Shown: in pieces, positions 40,919 through 48,764 of the stretch | Position numbering within the stretch: position 1 is the first letter of the stretch | Layout of the letters: every line of letters begins with the position of its first letter | NCBI GenBank assembly: GCA_037439545.1 | Contig: JBBIVV010000002.1 | Coordinates: forward strand, 1-64,000 | Reading direction: 5' to 3' | Source of the DNA: a bacterium | GTDB lineage: Bacteria > JAMCPX01 | DNA: 64,000 bases | Made by a program: the position numbers and the translations under genes | Notes under the pieces: model-generated | The model's input: the letters and a program-made list of their open reading frames with translations, nothing else | Database searches by the model: none | Told to the model about the DNA's origin: nothing

Positions 40919-42298
40919 ATGAAAAGTCAATACAGTTATTATGTAGAGCCATTCGAATTGAAAGACCGGGCACGCCGTTTTCTGGATGCATTCGCCGCTA
41001 TCATTAAACATTCAAATTACGGACCTGTCCTGGACGCTTATTCAAGAATGACTGCAAAATGTTCCCGGTGCAGTGCTGCTTGTCCTATCTATTTGACCAC
41101 GAATAACATAAAAGATGTTCCCTGCTGGCGATCCGAACTGATCTTGAGAGTGTATCGCCGTTACTTCACCATTTCCGGCATGATAAAAACAAGGCTGTGG
41201 AGCAACTTTACGCTTACCGACGATTACATTGACCAATTAGCCGAGGAGCTTTATCACTGCACAGCATGCCGCAGGTGTAAGTTTTTCTGTCCCATGGGGA
41301 TTGATCATGGAATGATAACACACATAGGCCGTTGGGCACTGGCTGAAACAGGAATAGTCCCAAAGGCACTTGTCGTTGCTACGCGTGAACAGCTTGAAGG
41401 GAAAACACACAATACGTCCGCTATTCCTCTTCCAGCGTTGCAGGACACCTGTGAGTTTTTGGAAGGCGAGATCATGGAGAAATACGGTCAGTCAGTCAAG
41501 TTCCCGGTAGACAAAGAAGGTGCAGAAATGGTCTTTTTCCCTGCAGTCAGCGACTACCTTCTGGAACCGGACACTCTTATGGGCAATGCCGCGGTTATGC
41601 AGGCAACAGGCGGTTCATGGACAATCGGTTCAAAATACTATGACGGTATTAATTACGGGCTTTTTTACAGTGATCGATTATGGGACCGCATTGTCAGGAT
41701 GGAAGTTGCTGAAGTGACCAGATTGAAGAGCAAAATAGTGCTCATCGGCGAGTGCGGTCATGCTTCACGTTCTGCAAAAGTCGGTATACCGAATTTCTTT
41801 GGTCCGGACGCACCGCCCGTAATGAATATTATGGAATATACTTTTAAAATGCTGGAAACGGGCAGACTGAAATTGCGGGCGAATATCATAAAAGACAAAA
41901 TAACATATCATGATCCATGCAATATCGCACGCTCGGGGTGGATCGTTAATCAACCGCGGGAAATACTTCGTGCCATCTCTTCTGACTTCGTAGAAATGAC
42001 ACCAAATGGACCCATGAATTATTGCTGCGGCGGCGGCAGCGGTACCGTGTCTATCGATGAAATCAGAAAATGGCGTACGGGTCCAGGAGGAAAGGTCAAG
42101 GCTCAACAAATAAAAGAAACGGGTGCAAAGTATGTTGTCGCTCCGTGTGCAAACTGTAAAAAGCAGTTGCGGGAGGTTATCGAAGACAATGGGCTTGAAG
42201 GCGTTGAGGTAATAGGGCTCCATGACCTCGTGATCAAGGCAATCGATTTCGGGACACCGCAAAAAAACGAGGACAAAATCAGGAAGGAGAAAGTATGA
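40919..42298 (+). CDS. CCG-domain FeS oxidoreductase (HmcF/TmcB/DsrK-like), copy 2
   Basis: CSRCSAACP, CTACRRCKFFCP, GECGH, TYHDPCN, YCCGGG, PCANC; paralog of 36966-38387. Confidence 0.9.
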   Translation: MKSQYSYYVEPFELKDRARRFLDAFAAIIKHSNYGPVLDAYSRMTAKCSRCSAACPIYLTTNNIKDVPCWRSELILRVYRRYFTISGMIKTRLWSNFTLTDDYIDQLAEELYHCTACRRCKFFCPMGIDHGMITHIGRWALAETGIVPKALVVATREQLEGKTHNTSAIPLPALQDTCEFLEGEIMEKYGQSVKFPVDKEGAEMVFFPAVSDYLLEPDTLMGNAAVMQATGGSWTIGSKYYDGINYGLFYSDRLWDRIVRMEVAEVTRLKSKIVLIGECGHASRSAKVGIPNFFGPDAPPVMNIMEYTFKMLETGRLKLRANIIKDKITYHDPCNIARSGWIVNQPREILRAISSDFVEMTPNGPMNYCCGGGSGTVSIDEIRKWRTGPGGKVKAQQIKETGAKYVVAPCANCKKQLREVIEDNGLEGVEVIGLHDLVIKAIDFGTPQKNEDKIRKEKV

Positions 42299-43011
42299 TT
42301 GAATCACAATTGGCATGGGCACGCGGACCTTTGTTTGTTTTTTCATTCATTATAATGGTCCTGGGCATTGCGCGTCTGATAGTTTTGACGGATATAAATA
42401 TTGTCCGTTCCATCTACAGGGCATCAGACAAAAGGCTGCCGATAAAAACGCTCATGGTGACGACACTCAGATGGCTTTTCCCTTTCCGGCAAGTCACAAA
42501 ACAATCTCAAAACCGGCTCTGGTACAGTATTGTATCGATCCTGTTCCATGCCGGTCTGATTCTGACACCGCTATTTTTGGGGGCCCACCTCCTGCTCTGG
42601 AAGCGTGGTACAGGAATCAGCTGGCCGGGATTACCGAATAGTGGAGCGGACATACTCGCTCTTCTTACCGTAGTTACAGGCCTGTTGCTTATTATCGGCC
42701 GTGTTACTAATCCTTTTTCCAGAAAACTGAGCCGCTTTCAGGATTTTTTTCTCCCGCCATTACTCCTGGTTCCGTTTATCAGCGGCTTTCTGGCTATGCA
42801 TCCATTGCTTAATCCCCTTTCCTATCAACTTATGATGCTGTTCCACGTCCTTTCGGGAGATGCAATATTGATGCTTATCCCCTTCACCAAAATGTCGCAT
42901 TTTATTCTTCTGCCGGCATCCCAGTTAATATCCGAGATTGGCTGGCACTTCCCTGCGGACATGGGTGAAAATGTTGGAATTACCTTACACAAGGAGACAG
43001 AACGAATATGA
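42295..43011 (+). CDS. HmcE/TmcC-like diheme cytochrome b (NarI family)
   Basis: WARGPLF, FHAGLILTPLFLGAH, H-x17-H (HVLSGD..PFTKMSH). Confidence 0.85.
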   Translation: MIESQLAWARGPLFVFSFIIMVLGIARLIVLTDINIVRSIYRASDKRLPIKTLMVTTLRWLFPFRQVTKQSQNRLWYSIVSILFHAGLILTPLFLGAHLLLWKRGTGISWPGLPNSGADILALLTVVTGLLLIIGRVTNPFSRKLSRFQDFFLPPLLLVPFISGFLAMHPLLNPLSYQLMMLFHVLSGDAILMLIPFTKMSHFILLPASQLISEIGWHFPADMGENVGITLHKETERI

Positions 43012-43811
43012 GCACATGGGCAATATTGACCGATATAACCAAATGTATAGGATGCGAGAATTGCGTGGCAGCATGCAAGGAAATAAACCATACCGGGAAA
43101 GATCAACCATGGCGATGGCAAAAGAATATAGACAGCCTTTCTGCAACACGGTGGACGACTATTGTAAAAAAGCCGGACCACCACTTTATTCGTCAGCAAT
43201 GCAGGCATTGTCTTTCACCTGCATGCGTATCGGTCTGTCCTGTCGGTGCACTCAAAAAGACCCCGGAGGGTCCGGTGATTTATGATTCAGAACTGTGCAT
43301 AGGATGCCGCTACTGCATGATGTCCTGTCCATTCGGTATTCCGCGCTATACATGGGCAGACCCTACCCCGTATGTACGAAAGTGTATTATGTGTTACCAG
43401 AAGGTAAAGAGCGGCGAAATCAACGAGCCTGCATGCATAAAAGCATGCCCGACCCAGGCGACTGTCTTTGGCGACAGAGATACGTTATTGACCGAAGCGC
43501 AAAACCGCATCAGCAATAACCCGGGTAAATATATAAACCGCGTGTGGGGCGAACATGAGGTGGGCGGTACGTCCGTTCTGTATGTGTCCGACATTAACCT
43601 CGATTTTCTGAGCTGGGAAAAAGACCTTCCACAGGACCCGTTGCCGGGAAGGGTATTCAGTGTGCTCGAGAAAGTTCCGAAAATCTTCGTAGGCATGGGG
43701 CTGAGTATGTACGGGGTCTACTGGTTTATTGAACGCCGTGAGCGGCTGATGAACAAGGGCAAAGTGGAGTCGGATAAACCCGACGTGTCGGACAAGTCCG
43801 GGAGGAGCTAA
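43008..43811 (+). CDS. HmcB/HybA-like 4x[4Fe-4S] ferredoxin subunit with C-terminal TM anchor
   Basis: CIGCENCVAAC, CRHCLSPACVSVCP, CIGCRYCMMSCPF, CIMC...PACIKACPT, GEHEVGGT. Confidence 0.9.
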   Translation: MSTWAILTDITKCIGCENCVAACKEINHTGKDQPWRWQKNIDSLSATRWTTIVKKPDHHFIRQQCRHCLSPACVSVCPVGALKKTPEGPVIYDSELCIGCRYCMMSCPFGIPRYTWADPTPYVRKCIMCYQKVKSGEINEPACIKACPTQATVFGDRDTLLTEAQNRISNNPGKYINRVWGEHEVGGTSVLYVSDINLDFLSWEKDLPQDPLPGRVFSVLEKVPKIFVGMGLSMYGVYWFIERRERLMNKGKVESDKPDVSDKSGRS

Positions 43812-43814
43812 ATC

Positions 43815-46013
43815 ATGATGAAGTCGATAAAAAAACTCATTCAATTTATTCTTGAATTAGCTTTCAATTCCCCTTACCGGTCTAACCCGCGTGTAAGAAC
43901 CGTAAAAGGGGTCCTCTGGTTTCTTGCAGGTCTTGGAGCAGCAGTCGGTGTAGTCCGGATGATACGCGGACTCGGCGTTACCACGAATCTTACTGATCTG
44001 ACACCATGGGGACTATGGATCGGATTTGATGTCGTAGGCGGTGTGGCACTGGCGGCAGGCGGATTCGTCATAGCTGCCACGGTTTATGTATTTCACCTGC
44101 ACCGCTATCACGCAATTGCACGCCCCGCGGTACTTACTGCGTTTCTTGGTTACGGTGCTGTCATCGTTGGACTGATATTCGATCTCGGCAGGTGGTGGGA
44201 CATCTGGCATCCCATGGTATACTGGCAGCCGCACAGCGCTCTATTCGAAGTTGCATGGTGCGTCATGTTGTATTTTACGGTTCTTGCGCTGGAGTTTGCA
44301 CCGGTAGTTTTTGAAAAGATGCCGTTCCCCGGGGTATACAAAATTCTCAAAGCACTTACGCTGCCGCTGATCATCATCGGGATCATGCTTTCCACGCTCC
44401 ATCAGTCTTCACTCGGCACCCTATTCTTAATTATGCCGTTCCGTATTTACCCTCTCTGGTACTCGGGTTTCATGCCGTGGCTGTTCTTTATATCTGCCAT
44501 CGGTCTCGGACTTGCAATGGTAATTCTTGAATCGCTGGTAAGCAGCTGGGTTTACCAGAAAAACGAAGGAACAGATCTTCTTTCAGGACTGGCGAAAGCC
44601 TGTGCAATGGTCATGGGCATCTATTTGACAATAAGGATTGGCGATCTTGCCTACCACGGCAAGCTTCTGTATCTTGCAAAACCGGTATGGGAAACAACAG
44701 ACTTTATAATAGAGCTGTGCCTGAGCGTCATTATCCCGATAATCCTCTTCTCCATTCCAAAGACAAGACAGAGCAAGGCAGGGCTCCTTGCCGGATCCTC
44801 CAGTGCTGTGCTCGGTATTATCTTAAACCGCATCAATGTCTCAGGTATTGCTACCATAGAGGCAACGCGGACCAGTTATTTCCCGGCATGGACGGAATTC
44901 TCGATCAGCATCGGCGTTGTTGCTGCTGCGGCACTGCTCTTTTTCTTTTTTGTAGAACACTTTTCAGTGTATGAACAGGAAAATGCGTACGGAGACACCG
45001 GACTTCCTGTTCAGGAGCCTGTCTCCAGTGTATATCTCGGCACGACGGGAATGAGTAACACAGCGCTGTACTCATTGATCTTCATTCTGTCGGTATCTCT
45101 GGGTATCTATTGGTTGTCAGGACATGCATTAACCGGCAAAAACCTGCGGAAGACCCCTGTGCAGGCACCGGAAACCATCAATGCAGAAAGGATATCAGTC
45201 CCTGGTCAGACCATATACCAGCTCATACTTGTTAATGATAATGAACATGTAACCCAGAATAAACATGTTTCGAATTCTCAGGCTTTACTCCTTCTCAATA
45301 AAAACGGCCGTTTCATACTTTTCGAACATAAAGCACACCAGATAATGATTGATAAAATCTTTGATGAGTTAAGATATAATAACCTGCTTTCGGCCGTGTC
45401 CGGAGATTCAGTTGCTTATAACGGAGATACTATTACAGAAAAATTATCCACAACCACCTTGGATGCAGTAACAGGATTGACATACGATGACCGGCAACAG
45501 GTCAATAGTGACAATAGATCATGCAAGCTCTGTCATCATATGAATTACACCTTTAATCAGGCAACATCCTGCAGGACATGCCACCGTGACATGTATCTTG
45601 AGACAAATATCTTCAACCATGATTTCCATGCCGGGAAACTGGGTGGGAACCGTTCCTGTATTAAATGTCATAAAGATCCCGATATTGCGAAGTCCATGAC
45701 GACCGCAACGCCATGCACATCCTGCCACAAGTACATGGTAGCGCGGAATTCCTTTATCAAACTGCAAAAGAATCCGCTGGAAAGGCCTGCGGTGAGCTAT
45801 ATGGATGCAATGCACGGGCTGTGTAAAAAATGCCACAATAGAATGGCGACTCTTTATCCGAAACGTTACGCAAATCTTGATAAGTGTGCAACCTGTCATC
45901 AGGAAAATAACCCTGACTATCTAAAAGGTCTGCCGGAGTATCCGTTGCCCGGAAGCGTCCGTACGGTTACTGCCGACAAAGAATATTCTTCAGTGTCACC
46001 CCTCTTAAAATAA
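43815..46013 (+). CDS. NrfD-family (HmcC/HybB-like) membrane protein fused to a hexaheme cytochrome c3-like domain
   Basis: PWGLWIGFDV..GVALAAGG, DLGRWW, LFEVAWCVMLY, LSTLHQSSLG; C-terminal CKLCH, CRTCH, CIKCH, CTSCH, CKKCH, CATCH. Confidence 0.88.
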   Translation: MMKSIKKLIQFILELAFNSPYRSNPRVRTVKGVLWFLAGLGAAVGVVRMIRGLGVTTNLTDLTPWGLWIGFDVVGGVALAAGGFVIAATVYVFHLHRYHAIARPAVLTAFLGYGAVIVGLIFDLGRWWDIWHPMVYWQPHSALFEVAWCVMLYFTVLALEFAPVVFEKMPFPGVYKILKALTLPLIIIGIMLSTLHQSSLGTLFLIMPFRIYPLWYSGFMPWLFFISAIGLGLAMVILESLVSSWVYQKNEGTDLLSGLAKACAMVMGIYLTIRIGDLAYHGKLLYLAKPVWETTDFIIELCLSVIIPIILFSIPKTRQSKAGLLAGSSSAVLGIILNRINVSGIATIEATRTSYFPAWTEFSISIGVVAAAALLFFFFVEHFSVYEQENAYGDTGLPVQEPVSSVYLGTTGMSNTALYSLIFILSVSLGIYWLSGHALTGKNLRKTPVQAPETINAERISVPGQTIYQLILVNDNEHVTQNKHVSNSQALLLLNKNGRFILFEHKAHQIMIDKIFDELRYNNLLSAVSGDSVAYNGDTITEKLSTTTLDAVTGLTYDDRQQVNSDNRSCKLCHHMNYTFNQATSCRTCHRDMYLETNIFNHDFHAGKLGGNRSCIKCHKDPDIAKSMTTATPCTSCHKYMVARNSFIKLQKNPLERPAVSYMDAMHGLCKKCHNRMATLYPKRYANLDKCATCHQENNPDYLKGLPEYPLPGSVRTVTADKEYSSVSPLLK

Positions 46014-46136
46014 GAGGGGTTTGAGGGAGATATGAAACTCTTACAGAACAAACCACTATTGAAAGACACAAAAGCAAAAAGTAACCCCCGACCCAGCTTC
46101 GCTGTGTGCCCGTCCTCATATGTAAGAGGGATAACG
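45999..46136. repeat. Palindromic REP/MITE-like element, copy C
   Basis: CCCCTCTTA-AAA-TAAGAGGGG-TTTGAGGGAGATAT ... GTAACCCCCG...TAAGAGGGGATAAC; supplies the stop codon of the NrfD fusion. Confidence 0.7.
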
Positions 46137-46194
46137 CCGGAGCTTAACGCGGGAGATGGGTTAATGCTGAAGTATAAAAGTGGGGAGAGGCAAT

Positions 46195-47652
46195 ATGATT
46201 GATACCACGCTGCAGTCATGGCTCCATACCCAGCTCTTCGAACAGGTCCCGTGCAGGATCGCAATAATTGACAGGAACCTGAACATCATTGAACACAACC
46301 GTAGTTTCCGGGAACTTTTCGGACAAGGACTTGGGCGGCCATGTTATGAGATTTACAAAAAAAAACAACAGCCATGCGATCAATGTACAGCGGCGTTGAC
46401 CTTTACTGACGGTAAAGTCCGCATTAATGAGGAAGTTGGACTTGATCGCAACGGAAGAGCCGCACATTATCTCGTTCACATGGTACCTATTATTAAAGAT
46501 GGCGGCGAGATTCCCTATATAGTCGAGATGTCTACGGACATAACGGAAATTAAGCGTCTGCAGCAGGAGTATCAGACACTATTCGATAAAGTGCCATGCT
46601 ATATCGCAGTCCTTAACCGTGATTTCAGGGTCGTGCGCGCGAACAGCTTCATGCAAAAGACATTCGGTGCGACCACAAGCCAGTATTGCTGGGAATTGTT
46701 TAAACATCGCGACGAAAAATGCGAAGACTGCCCCGCAGACCTTGCCTTTGCCGACAGAGATACGCACACGAGCGAGCAAATCGGCCTCAATAAGGAAGGA
46801 AAGGAAATCAGGTATGCGGTGACGGCTTATCCGCTTACCGGCGGGAATTTCGTAAATCATGTAATAGAAATGGCCGTCGATGTAACAAAGGTATATCAAT
46901 TGGAGCAGGAAAAGATAGAGGCTGAACGTCTGGCAGCAGTTGGACAGACGGTAGCCGGACTTGCACATGGAATAAAAAACATACTGACAGGCCTTGAAGG
47001 CGGGGTTTACATCTTCAAATCCGGACTGGACAGAAATGACAGGGGACGCATCGATCAAGGCTGGGACGTACTGCACCGGAATATTGAAAAAATCTCCCTG
47101 CTTGCTAAAAGCCTGCTCAATTTTTCCAAAGGGATGATACCAAATGTTCAGATGGTCAGACCTTCAGACATGGTGCATGAAGTAATCGAGCTCTACAAGG
47201 AAACCGCGCGCCAGCATAACGTAGAACTTGTAACCGAATGTGACGAGTCCATCGCTCCGGCACCTATGGACCCTGAGGGCATCCATACCTGCCTTGCCAA
47301 TCTCATGTCCAATGCCATTGATGCCTGCCAGTTGAGCGATAAACCTGGATGCGCTGTTCGTGTCAGATGCAGGGAAGAGGATGATTCCATTATATTTGAG
47401 GTCGAGGACAAGGGATGCGGTATGGACTATGAAGTTAAACAGAAGGTGTTTACCAATTTTTTTACGACCAAGGGAGGAGGGGGAACAGGTATCGGCCTTC
47501 TTCTCACCCGGAAAATAGTTCAGGAACACGGGGGCCGCATCACCATGGAATCTGTGCCGGGTCAAGGCTCTCTTTTTAGAATAGTTTTCCCCAGGAAAAG
47601 ACTGCCGCGGGTGACTGGTGTGACAGAAACCGCGACTGCAAAGGAGGAATAA
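46195..47652 (+). CDS. Soluble PAS-PAS histidine kinase
   Basis: No TM helix; two Cys-rich PAS domains; AHGIKN, NAIDA, D.GCG, FFTTK...GTGIGL. Confidence 0.9.
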   Translation: MIDTTLQSWLHTQLFEQVPCRIAIIDRNLNIIEHNRSFRELFGQGLGRPCYEIYKKKQQPCDQCTAALTFTDGKVRINEEVGLDRNGRAAHYLVHMVPIIKDGGEIPYIVEMSTDITEIKRLQQEYQTLFDKVPCYIAVLNRDFRVVRANSFMQKTFGATTSQYCWELFKHRDEKCEDCPADLAFADRDTHTSEQIGLNKEGKEIRYAVTAYPLTGGNFVNHVIEMAVDVTKVYQLEQEKIEAERLAAVGQTVAGLAHGIKNILTGLEGGVYIFKSGLDRNDRGRIDQGWDVLHRNIEKISLLAKSLLNFSKGMIPNVQMVRPSDMVHEVIELYKETARQHNVELVTECDESIAPAPMDPEGIHTCLANLMSNAIDACQLSDKPGCAVRVRCREEDDSIIFEVEDKGCGMDYEVKQKVFTNFFTTKGGGGTGIGLLLTRKIVQEHGGRITMESVPGQGSLFRIVFPRKRLPRVTGVTETATAKEE

Positions 47653-47654
47653 AT

Positions 47655-48188
47655 ATGGTTAAACCGCAAGACATGACAATCCTGGTCGTCGATGACGAAC
47701 CGGACATCGTTATCTACTTGAAGACATTGCTTGAAGATGCCGGCTTTCATGTAATGACTGCTTCCGATGGTGAGGAGGCACTGGAGAAAATCAGGGAACG
47801 CAAACCGGATCTGATCTCCTTGGACCTGGTTATGCCGCGAAAAAGCGGTATCAGGTTTTATTATGAATTTCGTAAAAACAAGGAATGGTCAAAAATCAAG
47901 GTAATCATCGTTACTGCTCATGTCAGAGATGACAAAGTAAGGAATGAAATGAACGAGCTTTTTTCGGGTGCGACGCTCTCGGGCCCTCAGACATATCTGG
48001 AAAAACCGGTCTACCCGCAGGACTATGTGGATTTAATCAAGCGTGAATTGGGAATAGAAGTGACCGGCCCCGTAGAAGTCCCGAAACAATCGGAAGAGCT
48101 TCGGGAAGAAGTAAAAAAATTAGTTACCCAGGCAGATCAAGAGACTCTTGCCGCAGCATTAAAGCTGCTCAAGGAAAAAAGACAATAA
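47655..48188 (+). CDS. Receiver-domain protein (Hmc/Tmc-associated type)
   Basis: LVVDDEP, PDLISLDLVMPRKSG.RFY, YLEKP. Confidence 0.88.
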   Translation: MVKPQDMTILVVDDEPDIVIYLKTLLEDAGFHVMTASDGEEALEKIRERKPDLISLDLVMPRKSGIRFYYEFRKNKEWSKIKVIIVTAHVRDDKVRNEMNELFSGATLSGPQTYLEKPVYPQDYVDLIKRELGIEVTGPVEVPKQSEELREEVKKLVTQADQETLAAALKLLKEKRQ

Positions 48189-48247
48189 CGAAATGATTGT
48201 CCGGATATCCAATTCCGGTTATCCGGAAAAAAGGAGGAGAACAAAAA

Positions 48248-48685
48248 ATGGATACTGCAAAAAAAAGATTTCTGGTAATAGATGACGATAACGATGTACT
48301 CGCTTATCTTTCCACATGGCTGACGGATCACGATATTATTGCCGACATTGCGCATGACGGTATAGAAGCCACCGCAAAGCTCAAGGAGCATAGACCGGAT
48401 CTTATTACCCTCGATATTATAATGCCGAATGAAACCGGCATTAAGTTTTATCGTGAGATCAAGAAAGACCCGCACTATGCTTCAATACCGGTCATAATCA
48501 TAACAGGCATAATGTCCGAGTTCGAGGATTTCATTTCCCACAGACGCACGGTCCCGCCTCCGGACGGCTACATCTCGAAGCCTTTTAAAGAAGGAGAATT
48601 GAGTACAGCCATACAGGAAGTTCTGGAGAGAAAAAAAGTGAAAAACGGTAAACTGAAAATAATCGCCGGATCAACGAACAACTAA
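48248..48685 (+). CDS. Receiver-domain protein (Hmc/Tmc-associated type)
   Basis: LVIDDD, PDLITLDIIMP..TG.KFY, YISKP; GGAGGAG RBS. Confidence 0.88.
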   Translation: MDTAKKRFLVIDDDNDVLAYLSTWLTDHDIIADIAHDGIEATAKLKEHRPDLITLDIIMPNETGIKFYREIKKDPHYASIPVIIITGIMSEFEDFISHRRTVPPPDGYISKPFKEGELSTAIQEVLERKKVKNGKLKIIAGSTNN

Positions 48686-48764
48686 CCCGAGGGTTGGAAC
48701 AACGCCCTGTAAACAGATAGGTTCATCGGGTGAAAACCGGAATACGGCAAAGAAAATCCATGAC

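Noticed and set aside
36966..43011. Naming the NarI+CCG pairs dsrMK
   Set aside because: No dsrJOP or dsrABC nearby and the context fits HmcEF/TmcBC-like paralogs; phylogeny needed
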